A DNA stretch of 63,548 nucleotides, counting the filler, from Octopus bimaculoides (Eukaryota), in the NCBI RefSeq assembly GCF_001194135.2. It is 6 parts of 6 records of this genome, joined end to end, with 100 filler letters (N's around TTAATTAATTAA, not from the genome) between each part and the next. Parts side by side here need not be neighbours in the genome. Positions count along the whole stretch, not along the records: positions 1 to 17,007 come from NC_068987.1; 5 more parts are not named here. One strand, given 5' to 3'. A program made the translations under genes and the position numbers. The notes below the pieces were generated by a model. The model searched no databases and was not told the DNA's origin. It saw only the letters and a program-made list of their open reading frames with translations. How positions within the stretch are numbered: the first letter of the stretch is position 1; every line of letters begins with the position of its first letter. Shown here piece by piece: positions 1-11,400 of this stretch.

Positions 1-38
<38 letters not shown>

Positions 39-95
39 TCACATATATATACATATATGTACATACATATATATATACACACATATATATATATG

Positions 96-365
96 CATAG
101 AGAAGCACCTGTCTCAGCACCATGTAAAAGAACACCAATACCAGCGTCTCATAATACGAACCCATGCTGGTGCCACGCAAAAAGCACCAAGTACACTCTG
201 TAAAGTGGTTTGTGTTTAGGAAGGGCATCCCGTTGTAGAAGCCATGCCAAAACAAGATGACCGGAGCCTGATGCAGCCCTGTGGCTCACCAAATCCAGTC
301 AGACCGTCCAACTCATGCCAACATGGAAAACGGATGTTGAATGATGATGATGATGATGATGATTT
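96..365 (+). mobile_element. RTE-LINE 3' UTR / tail-sharing SINE fragment
   Basis: Conserved block ...ggaagggcatcc...gtccaac(c/t)catgc...catggaaa... ending in an (ATG)n tail, as in other copies in this window. Confidence 0.7.
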
Positions 366-544
366 GACTGACAAATTAGTAACAGTCATCTTGCAATGCT
401 TGTCAACGGAACCTTCTATGGTGATTGAGAAAAAGGCAGAAGTGTTGTACAAGCTTTTGTCACTTAAATTCAGTGACGTACAGGGGTCTCACAATTAATT
501 CATTGCGAGATGGCTATCATCTGATAAGATGAGGCAATCATCGT

Positions 545-956
545 CAGAAGACCCGGCAAGCCAAGTGAGATTGTTGCCAGTGCCCCTGGACTGGCTCTTG
601 TGCGGGTGGCACATAAGATGCACCATTTTGAGCGTGGCCGTTGCCAGTACCGCCTGACTGGCCTTCGTAGGATTTTTGAGCGAGATCGTTGCCAGTGCCC
701 CTGGACTGGCTCTTGTGCGGGTGGCACATAAAAGACACCATTTCGAGCGTGGCCGTTGCCAGTATCGCCTGACTGGCCTTCGTGCGGGTGACACGTAAAA
801 GCACCTACTACACTCTCTGAGTGGTTGGCGTTAGGAAGGGCATCCAGCTGTAGAAATTCTGCCAAATTTAGATTGGAGCCTGGTGTTGCCATCTGGTTTC
901 ACCAGTCCTCAGTCAAATCGTCCAACCAATGCTAGCATGGAAAGCGGACGTTAAAC

Positions 957-989
<33 letters not shown>

Positions 990-990
990 A
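545..990 (+). mobile_element. 5'-truncated RTE-LINE 3' UTR with internal 115-bp duplication
   Basis: Units 567-668 and 682-783 are near-identical; ends in an (ATG)n tail; the same tail follows RTE coding sequence at 4940-5345. Confidence 0.75.
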
Positions 991-1117
991 CAGGGTGTCC
1001 ACAAAGTCTGGGTACATGGGGATTAACACATACTTTAAGAAATTATTATTTCTTATATTTAATTGTTTATGTTATGATTTTATTTACTCCATGTACCCAG
1101 ACCTTGTGGTCAACCTG
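991..1117. mobile_element. 127-bp Tc1/mariner-type MITE
   Basis: TIRs CAGGGTGTCCACAAAGTCTGGGTACATGG / CCATGTACCCAGACCTTGTGGTCAACCTG (3 mismatches); TA on both sides (989-990, 1118-1119). Confidence 0.85.
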
Positions 1118-1166
<49 letters not shown>

Positions 1167-2642
1167 ATATATATGAATGTATGTCTATGTTTATTCCCCA
1201 CCATATTGTTATTTTTTTGCAAGCTAACTTGGACCGGACCCCCTCCCTCCACCCTCTTTAGCAGGCTCCACCTCGTCAAACATGAAATGCAACAAACACC
1301 AATACGATATGGCAAAAATGCCTACAGAGGGGGAATTCAAAATAATTGATAACTGATATCATAGCATAGATATAACATGGATAGATTTGCTAACTTATAT
1401 TTAAAAAACAAAAACAAAAAAAAACAAAATTCTGAAACTAACTTCATCATATCAGTACTACTACTACTACTACTACTAGTTGTAGTAACTTCAACAATTT
1501 ATACCTGAGCAGGCATGACAATATACAAAGATATAATCAGTGAGATGTTATGGTAAAAGACCATCTCAATAGAATACAGAATACACAATCCCTCCCCCTC
1601 CTCTCTCTCTCTCTGTCCCCTCCCCCCGCCTGTCACAATCCTCTCTGTCTTTCTCTTGTATCTTCTCATCTACTTGCGCGGTCAGTGTTTTGTTGCGATA
1701 CTTTAATAGCTCAGAGGAAAAGGGCTGCAAAAGATGAAACGAAATAGGCTTGGTAATCTTCAATATATTGATTTTCTTTCCTTCTTTTGTATTGATTTGT
1801 CTCATGTAGTTGTATGACTTTTATCGCCAATAATGATTATTATTGTTACCGAACTGGCGACACAACTCTTGTATTTAATCTCGCCTTTTGTCACACTCAC
1901 TTGCTTCAACTTGTCTTCACAGCTCTGCATTTATACACAGCGAGTTGCTGTTTATTTGCTAATATTACCAGCTTTATTGCTACTGCATATTGGCAATTGT
2001 CGATGAACATATGGTGTTTTCCCTGCGGACTTATAATATAACAGGCTTTTGTAATTTCAAAGGTTATGGGGTGATCTGACTTAACAGTGGACCTTTCGAC
2101 CAGTATTTACAAGGTTTGGGAAACTAGACAAAGAGATAAACATGTAGGTTCCTGAATAGTCAACACCATTCACATTTTTACTATGAATAGATTAAAATAT
2201 ATTTGCGATTTTGCTTCTCTTTCGGTTTGGTCCAGATATTACCAATTCTAAACAAATTCTGGTTCCATTGTTTGGTTATTTTAACTTTTCTCTCCTAATA
2301 CTTTTTCACCTAATTTTCTCTATAAATTATTTATGCTCCTTGACTAGTCTCTCCTGCAGAGTATAATTTGATATCTCATTCTGTATATTACATACAATGT
2401 GTAGTTACATGGCTTAGTGGTTAGAATGTTGTACTCGTGATTGTAAGGTTGTGGTTTCAATTCCTGCACTGATCAATGCTTTGCGTCCTCAAGCAAAATT
2501 ATTTCATTTTATGTTGGTCAGGTCGACTTAGCTGGCAAAAACGAGTAATTCTGCAACGAACTGGTGTCCTGTCCAGGGAGGAATGTATATGCAAAGGATT
2601 CTGGGAAATCGACCTTATGAGCCAAAGACTCAGGAAGGAACT

Positions 2643-3033
2643 TAGTGGCTGTGTGGTAAATAGCTTGCTTACCAACCACATGGTTCCGGGTTCATTCCCA
2701 CTGCGTGGCATCTTGGGAAAGTGCCTTCTACTCGGGCCGACCAAAGCCTTGTGAGTGGATTTGGTAGACAGAAACTGAAAGAAGCCTGTCGTATATATGT
2801 ACATATATATGTGTGTGTGTTTATGTGTCTGTGTTTGTCCCCAACAACATTGCCTGACAACCGATGGTGGTGTGTTTACGTCCCCGTAACTTAGCGGTTT
2901 GGCAAAAGAAACCGATAGAATAAGTACTAGGCTTACAAAGAATAAGTCTTGGGGTCGATTTGCTCGACTATAAAGGCGGTGCTCAAGCATGACCGCAGTC
3001 AAATGACTGAAACAAGTAAAAGAGTAAAGAGTA
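2643..3033 (+). mobile_element. tRNA-derived SINE family A, near full length
   Basis: Box A TGGCTGTGTGG, Box B GGTTCATTCCC, internal (TG)n and (GAGTAAAA)n tail; homologous to 50481-50928. Confidence 0.85.
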
Positions 3034-3054
3034 AAATATTGTGGGAGTAGTGAA

Positions 3055-3374
3055 GGCACGTGGCTTAATGGTTAGGGCATTTGGGTCACAACCGTAAGGC
3101 GGTGAGTTCAATTCCTAGTGGCTCGTTGTGCCCTTGAGCAAGACAGTTTATTTCACGTTGCTGCAGTCCACTCAGCTGGCAAAAATGAGTAGTACCTTTA
3201 TTTCGAAGGGGCCAGTCTTGTCACATTCTGTATCACACTGAATCTCCCTGAGAACTACATTAAGGGTACACGTGTCTGTGGAGTGCTCAGCCGCTTGCAC
3301 GTTGATTTCACAAGCAGGATGTTTCATTGGTCGGATCAACTGGAACCCTTATCATTGTAACCGACAGAATACCA
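3055..3374 (+). mobile_element. tRNA-derived SINE family B, near full length
   Basis: Box A TGGCTTAATGG, Box B GAGTTCAATTCC; partial copies at 2405-2600 and 51975-52140. Confidence 0.8.
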
Positions 3375-4300
3375 GTTTATATTGTGGGGTACTGAAACGG
3401 GATGTTTAAACCAATGCAATATTATAATTAGCTTGAATATTATTACATAAAATAAATGACATAGATCTTAATAATATGCCTATGTGTATTGTGAGTGGAT
3501 TTGGTGGATGGAAATTGATAGAAGCCTGTCATATAAATATATGTGTCTGTGTGTGCATGTATTTCTTTTACTGTCTCCTGGCCTTAATTTCACAATAGTT
3601 GTAAATGACTGTCACTGTCATACAAGCAGTGCCATTTATTTCCAACATTCTGCGAGAACATGTCTGTCCATGGGGAAATATTACTTTGCTTGTAAACAAG
3701 CGAGTGTTGGCGACAGGAAGGAAACCTGGCTGTAGAAAATCTGCCTCAGTAAACTCCATTAGACCTATGCAAGCATGGAAAGGTGGACATTAAAACGATG
3801 ATGAAATATATCACATGATCATGTGATTGACCAGACTATCCAATGTTGTTATACACCCATGGTCACGATGTGCTTTGCATCGTTTTGGCTTTCGAATGAC
3901 GCCACCCGCTCCTTCTCTGCTGGCTAGGCAAGCATGCTAACATTCCTCCTGATCAGAAGAAAGGCGAGTCCACTGCAGGGTTGCTCACTTATGGTTGAAT
4001 GGACAGAAGCAATGTGAAACGAAGTGTTTTGTGCAGGAACACAATGTGTAGTCAATATGGGAATTTAAACCATGATTGTGAATGCAATGTGACTAACCAC
4101 ACGGCTACGTTTGCTGGCATAAAACACAACATCCACATAAGATGCACCCCTACTTTACCAAAATATTTTATGGGAAAACAAATTTAACATGTTTCATCAT
4201 ACACTAATACACTTGGCACCCTGTCTGTAATACAGTCGCATTAGATGCATGACAAGATTTTGTTACATTTAAGAATGAAAAATGAACATCTTATATGCAG

Positions 4301-4755
4301 TCATCATCATCGTTTAACGTCTGCTTTCCATGCTAGCATGGGTTGGACGATTTGACTGAGGACTGGTGAACCGGATGGCTACAACAGGCTCCAATTTGAT
4401 TTGGCAGAGTTTCTACAGCTGAATGCCCTTCCTAATGCCAACCACTCCGAGAGTGTAGTGAGTGCTTTTTATGTGCCACTGGTACAGGAGCCAATAAGGT
4501 GGGCTCGGCGTCAGCCATGTTTGGATAGTGCTTTTTTTGAGAAGACCTGTCAAGCCAAATGAGATCATAGCTGTGGCTGATGCCAGTGTTTTGTAAGTGG
4601 CATGTAAAAAGCACCCACTAGACTCTTGGAGTGGTTGGTGTTAGGGAGGACATCCTGCTGTAGAAAACCATGCCAAATCAGATTGGAACCTGGTGCAGCT
4701 TGCCAGTTTTCAGTCAAACCGTCCAACCCATGCCAGCATGGAAAATGGATGTTAA
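4301..4755. mobile_element. Inverted (head-to-head) pair of RTE 3'-tail copies
   Basis: Minus copy 4301-4480 and plus copy 4535-4755 of the same tail family. Confidence 0.75.
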
Positions 4756-4939
4756 AAAAAAAAGAAAAGAAAAGAATGAATGTGATACATCAATTGTTAA
4801 ACGAAGCGTCCTAACTGCATTATCCTTCTCCTCCTCCTCCACACACTGAAAATCCACATTGACCATTTTATCAAAATCAGTGTTTCTCGACCGTTTTTCA
4901 CCTATGGGCCCCTCTGATTCCTATTTTAGTTGCTGTGTG

Positions 4940-5345
4940 CAAGAGAGAAGACTGCGCTAGTTTGGTCATGTGATGCAGATGGATGACAACAGCTCTCTAG
5001 AGAAATGCTGATCTCTCAAATTACATGGAAGTGAGAGACCCAGGAAGACATGGGATGAAATAGTGAAAAATGATCTCAGGATGCTGAGCTTTGCAGGCAA
5101 GATGACAGAAAACCGAAATACTTGGCACCTTGCTGTACTCCACAGCAGAAGGGTTAAGACTGGTCCCTCTAGTAGTGAAAAGCACTTATGGGGGTGCCAT
5201 GTAAAAGGCACCCAGCACACTCTGTAAAGTGGTTGGCATTAGAAAGGGCATTCAGCTGTAGAAACAATGTCAAATCAGAATGGGAGTCTGGTGCAGCTCC
5301 CCAGCTTTGGTCAAACCGTCCAACCCATGCCAGCATAGCCAATGT
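4940..5345 (+). mobile_element. RTE LINE 3' end (ORF C-terminus plus 3' UTR), decayed
   Basis: Translates as QERRLR*FGHVMQMDDNSSLEKC...RPRKTWDEIVKNDLRML..., the typical RTE C-terminus, followed by the tail block. Confidence 0.75.
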
Positions 5346-6580
5346 ATTTGTGTTTGAACTTTCTAAGTAACATTATTAATATAACGATCTTAATAAAAAA
5401 AATGAATAAATAAAAACTCAAAACAATTATGGTGAATCTTAAAAAGAAAACAAAAATTGCTGTAGCTAAAACTAATACCGATCAAGACCCATGATAATGA
5501 ATCAGTCACGTTTTACTGCTTTTGTAATATGTAAATAAACAAACTGTCGAGTTCGCTGGAACCGTTCGTTAGTGAGTGCGTGCGTGTGTTTGTTTATAAT
5601 AGCACTGAGTAGCAGGAGGGGTTTTAGTAATGGTGGCTAATTTTAGGGTAAATAGTGGTTTTCTTACAAATAGGCCCTTAACTGCAATGACACAATAAAA
5701 CGGGAGAGACTGAGACATTTGTGTTCAATCTGAAGACACGAGGCTTACTTAAAGTGAAAGTGAAAGTGAAAATGGCTTACAGCCGAGGTCACCTCCAGCC
5801 TTAACTGCAAGATGGATTGGACACGCCATCGCGTTGATGGTTAATTTTAGCTTCTTGCTGCTTAGCTCCAGGTCAACTCTGAACAGACATATAAAGATAA
5901 GCATTCCAAAGTCCACTTCATCTTTTCCCCACATTAATATAACTGAATTAAAGCAATGTGTCCTTTCTTCTTTAAGACTTTTGTTGTTTTCGTGAGTACA
6001 AAGCCCGTGTTTTCATATTTTTATTTATTATTTAGGTCCTATGTTTTTTTTTTTTTTTTTAGAGAGAGAGAAAGTGGGATCACGTTTTATCTAAGGGCAG
6101 TAGCAACATGACTGAAATCAGTAGTCTTTAATTACGATTCTAAATGACTAGGTGATTCGACTGAGCTATAAAAGCCACTGGACACGTTGGAAAAATATTA
6201 GTTGAGATCGAAACTGGGCCGGAAAATTACAAATGTATGTGTCAATGCGTCTATGTGTGTAAAATGAAGATGGCAAGAGAAAGAGAAAAATTAACAATTG
6301 TAAATTGATNNNNNNNNNNCACGTTTTATCTAAGGGCAGTAGCAACATGACTGAAATCAGTAGTCTTTAATTACGATTCTAAATGACTAGGTGATTCGAC
6401 TGAGCTATAAAAGCCACTGGACACGTTGGAAAAATATTAGTTGAGATCGAAACTGGGCCGGAAAATTACAAATGTATGTGTCAATGCGTCTATGTGTGTA
6501 AAATGAAGATGGCAAGAGAAAGAGAAAAATTAACAATTGTAAATTGATAAGAAAATATGAATGAAATTGAAAAAAAAAAA

Positions 6581-6586
6581 TTTATT
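6581..6586 (-). terminator. Likely poly(A) signal of SF3B5
   Basis: AATAAA on the minus strand about 45 nt after the stop, followed by a U-rich tract (plus-strand A-run ~6570-6580). Confidence 0.5.
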
Positions 6587-6631
6587 TATACATATGAAAA
6601 AAAAAAGGTGGGGGGTAGAGTCCGATATGAT

Positions 6632-6889
6632 TCAATCTTCTGGTCTTTCGGGAGGCGGACCACATGGCTGTACCATTTTTTCCATCAGATTGAAACGGAC
6701 ACGAGCCTTCGATTCATTTTCCACCAGTGAGAAATAGTTGAGCATATCAAAATGGCCAAGGTAGGAAGCATAGCTATCCCTGTGTTGATTAGTCAGCCAT
6801 TCCCATTTATTTGTATCCGCGTGTCCAGTTCCAATGTATTTCGATTGCAGATGTTCCAACTGGCTGTGGATGTTGTATCGATCACCCAT
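6632..6889 (-). CDS. SF3B5: Splicing factor 3B subunit 5 (SF3b10), 85 aa, single coding exon
   Basis: Translation MGDRYNIHSQLEHLQSKYIGTGHADTNKWEWLTNQHRDSYASYLGHFDMLNYFSLVENESKARVRFNLMEKMVQPCGPPPERPED is recognisably SF3B5/Ysf3 over its full length; ideal Kozak GCCATGG; TGA stop at 6632-6634. Confidence 0.97.
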   Translation of the reverse strand: MGDRYNIHSQLEHLQSKYIGTGHADTNKWEWLTNQHRDSYASYLGHFDMLNYFSLVENESKARVRFNLMEKMVQPCGPPPERPED

Positions 6890-7044
6890 GGCGACAGTGA
6901 TAACAATATAACAACAGCAGTAGCCGCAGTAGTTGTAGTAATTCTAGTCGCTGTGATGTTTTTCTATGCAGCTTTAATATATTTCGCTTACACCTTCCAC
7001 TTCTTGGTTTGAAAGTTTACTGGACGTCTTCGATTCCAAATTAT

Positions 7045-7064
7045 CTGTGAAAAAGAAAACAAAA
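7045..7064 (-). promoter_or_regulatory. 3' splice acceptor, probably of an SF3B5 5'-UTR intron
   Basis: Minus strand ttttgttttctttttcacag|ATAATT, 155 nt upstream of the ATG; no upstream ATG between the acceptor and the start codon. Confidence 0.55.
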
Positions 7065-7486
7065 CACTATAACCATAGTAAATAAATAAATAAATAAATA
7101 ATACGATCATTAGAAAGATAAACTTTTCGAGAGAACTTGCAATAATTTTTTGTAATAGTGGTTCTCGAAGCAGATAAAGCTATAAATAACAGCAGGTAAA
7201 TATTGGTTGAAAATCGTTTCGGATAGAAAAAATCGAAAGCTGTGCTTGTTTACAGATGTGGGTTTCGGTCTCAGGAGCAGCCTTCGATTTCTTCTTCCAT
7301 CAAAGGGATTTTTCAACTCAATATTTGCATTTTGTTTGTTAAATTCTTCTAACAACCTGAAGTTTTTCAAATTTTCACCTGATTATTATTATTATATTTT
7401 TTTTAAATGTAACTTCTTTATTATTAATTTCTTGTTAGAAAGAATTCCGACATTCGTCAGCTGCATGAAAAAGCTACAATTAAAAG

Positions 7487-7680
7487 AAATAATAATAATA
7501 ATATAATTCTTTACTGCCCACAAGGGGCTAAACATAGAGGGGACAAACAAGGACAGACAAAGGGACTAAGTCGATTACATCGACTCCAGTGCGTAACTGG
7601 TACTTAATTTATCGACCCCGAAAGGATGAAAGGCAAAGTCGACCTCGGCGGAATTTGAACTCAGAACGTAGTGGCAGGCG
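7487..7680 (-). mobile_element. 5'-truncated SINE family C
   Basis: GAGTTCAAATTCCGCCGAGGTCGACTTTGCCTTTCATCCTTTCGGGGTCGATAAATTAAGTACC core and (TTA)n tail on the minus strand; other copies at 13660-13750, 23930-24035, 43765-43865, 53572-53712. Confidence 0.8.
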
Positions 7681-10558
7681 AGGTAATCAGGTGAAAATTT
7701 GAAAAACTTGGAATGGTTGGAAGCAATTAAACAGGATTCCAATATCTACATGTTATTATTAATAGTTTTATGTACTCCAAGATCAACTATTATAAAAAAG
7801 AGAATTAATTAACTGTCATTATAACCAGTGTCAATTATGTAATAATGGTAAATATTTAAATGGTAAACATTTAAAACAAAAACAAATGTATTTTAAGGAG
7901 GGAAATTACTGAGACACTCAAACGTAACAAGACAATCGTTCATGGGGTGTTATTATGGACACTGGAAACTATGAAGGGCTTTTAGATGTTTCAAATGAAA
8001 AAAGGAGAGTTTAGCACCTGAAATATAAAAATAGAACGATTATTTATCGGTAAAAACTGATAGAAATAAAGGTTAAAAATGATTCACCGTCGCTTCTCCT
8101 CGGCGAGTCCAGGCGTGGTAGAAAGAAAATGGTGGAAGATACGAAACAAACGATAACGAGATATAATTAAAGATAATTATTAAACTACGAAGAGACTTGT
8201 GATGATGGTTTAGTGGTGATATTAAGTAATCTAAAATATGAATAATTTTTTTGTGATGAAATGTAATGTCCGAGATGCTATAGTTACTTTTTTGCTTCTT
8301 TTCGTTGTTGTAAGTAATAGAAAGATAGATATATCTATGAGTAAATATAAAGTAGCTGGAAGGAAGGAGGATGAGGTAGAGAGAAGTAGAAGAGGGAGAG
8401 AGAGACAGAACGAGATAAAGGTGTAGACTGAGTGGGAGTGAAAGGAACAGTTGTAGAAGGCGATGGTTTGGAGGTGAAGAAGCGCGAATGTGAATGGGTG
8501 ATGAGCCGTGGTGATCTCCCCTTAACGAGAAGGCGAATGATAAAGAGAGGAAGAAGGGGAGAAAAAGAGTGTGTGTGAGAGAAGGAGAGAGAGCAGGTGA
8601 AAGAAAGACAAAGAGATAGAGAGGGGTAACGAGAAAAGAGTGAGAAAAAAGAGAAAGAGAATGAACTAGAGAGAGAGAGACAGTAAGTGAGAGAAAGAGA
8701 ATCAGTGTGAGAGAGTGAGTGAAGAAAAGAGTTAGAGAGAGAGAAAGAAAAAGAGAAGGCAAGAAACAGACCGGGAGAAAAAGAGTGCGAGGAACAGAGA
8801 CAGAGAAAGAAAAGGGAAGTGAGAGGGAAAGCGAAAGAAATACAAAGAAAGAGAGTCAGAGTGAGAGGGGGAGAGAAAACAAAAAGTTAAAAAATAATAA
8901 AAAAGACAAAGCGCCCCCTGGACTTGGTTCACTAATGGCAAGTCAAAACCGATGCATAACAACGGAGTCGCTACTGTGGCTGTGGTTTTATTTAAAGTGA
9001 AAGAATCCATCGCTGAAATATGATAAAAACAAGTTAAAAGTTTATTTTGGCCTTTAATTAAAAAATATATTTAGTTTTTCAATAAGATTCGTGTTCCACG
9101 TTAAGTTTTTCGTGTGTGGAACTGTGCTTTAATGATGATCGGTTAGTTAGGTCTGCCGACTATTGCCATAAATAGCTGAGACTGGTGTTAGGAAATTAAG
9201 AGGATGGAATTGTGAACACCAAGCAGGACTTATTATTATTTAATCTATTATTATTAACACACGTTGACGCAGGGAAAAATTATAGACAGGAGAAAAACAA
9301 TCACATCAAAGTTTATTGCTTTTTATTAACCGATTTCTTGAGGATTAAAAAAAAAAAAGATAAAAACATTAATTTGTTGGGTAAGTTTTTATTGTTTTAC
9401 TTTATTTTTCTGTTGTTTTTTTTTATAACAAAGTTTATTAAGAAAAAAGAAAGTGTGGAGAAATGTATCCTAAATCTTTGAATAGGTAATTTGAATTTAT
9501 TTTCTATGTATGTCGTACGTATTTATACAATGTTATATTCCGAATGTGTTTCATTTTTCTCTCAATATGTGTATATATTGAAATGTTATGTGTATATAGT
9601 GAATTTGCAGGTGCGCGCGTGGCTCGAGTGTGCTGTGTATTATTGCTTTAATTAGTAGTAGTATTATTGTATTATTTATTTTAAGTATAAACCGAATTTT
9701 ATTCTCTCTTTCATTCTGGATGTGTACATGTATTTATGAAGGTGTGTGTCTTTCAGTGAACGTGTATCCTCCGACCCTGTGAAATATGTTTTTATGTATG
9801 CGCGCGTTTTATCCTCAATTAACCCCCTACCTGTATAAATATGTTGGTGATGTTAGTGTTCCCTACATCAGCCCTAATTCGAACAGACAGACGTATATTC
9901 AAAGACGTTTGAAGCCCTCATCATCCCGTATTTCCTTCTGTTTTTTTTTTTTCTCTCTCAACCCTTGTGCATCCAAGACGGCATTATCCTAGGAGTCGTC
10001 CTTCCTTTGGGGGGAGATTTATCTGCTATTTCTAACCGGTCAAACGATCGTGCAGCTACTTTCCCTTGATGTGTAGTTAGGTACATGTGTGTGTGTCTGT
10101 GTATTTACTTCGGTTAACCATGTGTTCTGGTGTGTACATTTAGGTATATACGTCTGTTGCCGCTGATATGCTGTACACTGGGCATGTTAATCCTCGACCC
10201 AACGGCTTTTCCAGCCTGGATACCAACATAAAAAAAAAAGGATGCGATTTAATTACGCTGGAGCCTTCCAGCGCTTTTGAGTGTTTATATATATTATTAC
10301 ATATATATTTTATTTAAATTATACCAACGTATATGTTATTTATATCATAATACCATACGTTCATATTATCTCATCGTATATTTATATTTTCACTTCTGTC
10401 AATTCGTCCATCGCATCATGTTGAGAGAAGAAACAAAGTATAGAAAAGAAAATTGAACACAGCTGCCAAGATATATCGGTGCATATTGTACGGATGTATA
10501 TATATGTGTATGTGTGTGTGTGTGTGTGTATATGTGTGAGAGAGTGTGATCGATAGTG

Positions 10559-10708
10559 TTAAAGGGCCCCTTGCAAATGTGTCATCGCCTTTTCGATTTT
10601 GTCTGCTGGCTCAGGAGTAGTAATTAGCATTAGCGCGACAGTGGAAAGGCTGAGGTACTGATAAAGCTCGGGATCGTTGGTGCCATTAGCAATATCTTCT
10701 ATGGACAT
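10559..10708 (-). CDS. Putative terminal coding exon, unidentified
   Basis: acatactttctaaag| acceptor, then 49 open codons MSIEDIANGTNDPELYQYLSLSTVALMLITTPEPADKIEKAMTHLQGAL*; the other two frames stop immediately; flanked by microsatellites. Confidence 0.3.
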   Translation of the reverse strand: MSIEDIANGTNDPELYQYLSLSTVALMLITTPEPADKIEKAMTHLQGAL

Positions 10709-11104
10709 CTTTAGAAAGTATGTTGTTCTTACACACACATACTCAAACATAGTCACATATGTTTATGTAGAATTTATATATTAAACATACATCGTTCTTT
10801 TTCTCTCTCTCTTTCTTACAGAGATATACATACATTCATATACAAAACAATCGCTCGTTGTCGAAACACACATTGTCTCAGACATGTAATTCACAAATAA
10901 AAACCGCATGATTCGCATTCGTTCATCCAAATGATTATTCACACGCTTTTGTAATTGTGTGTGTCTCCGCCATATATATATATNNNNNNNNNNNNNNNNN
11001 NNNNNNNNNNNNNNNNNNNNNNNNNNNNNNNNNNNNNNNNNNNNNNNNNNNNNNNNNNNNNNNNNNNNNNNNNNNNNNNNNNNNNNNNNNNNNNNNNNNN
11101 TGAT

Positions 11105-11400
11105 ATGTGTGTGTGTGTGTTGTTTCAGTCATTGAACTGTAGTCGTACTGGGGCACCACCTTAAAGGTTGAGTTGAACAAATCGTCCCTAGTACTTATTC
11201 TTTCGGTCTCTTTGTACCGAACCGCTAGTTACGGGGGACATAAACAGACGAACACTGTTGGTTAAGCGGTGTGGAAGAGACTAACACACACACACACACA
11301 CACACGTATGCGAGTATACTACACTTCCACACAATTTAGCAAATTCACTCACAAGGCTTTGGTCAGCTCGGGGCTATAGTAGAAGGCACTTTCCCAAGAT
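11105..11400 (-). mobile_element. SINE family A copy
   Basis: Homologous to 50481-50928. Confidence 0.7.

Noticed and set aside
567-783. CRISPR-like repeated units
   Set aside because: Only two long units with no unique spacers; part of a eukaryotic LINE 3' UTR.
3055-3120. tRNA-like Box A/Box B sequences
   Set aside because: These are SINE heads followed by SINE bodies; no complete cloverleaf gene.
6081-6548. Exact 229-bp direct duplication (6081-6309 = 6320-6548) downstream of SF3B5
   Set aside because: Identical copies separated by a 10-N gap: unmerged contig overlap rather than biology.
7110-7370. ORF with KNFRLLEE resembling the UBE2V N-terminal motif
   Set aside because: Similarity limited to ~7 residues; the rest has no E2-fold features.
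10845-10880. Hairpin-GAAA-ACA/TGT-C arrangement
   Set aside because: No CUGANGA-like core upstream.
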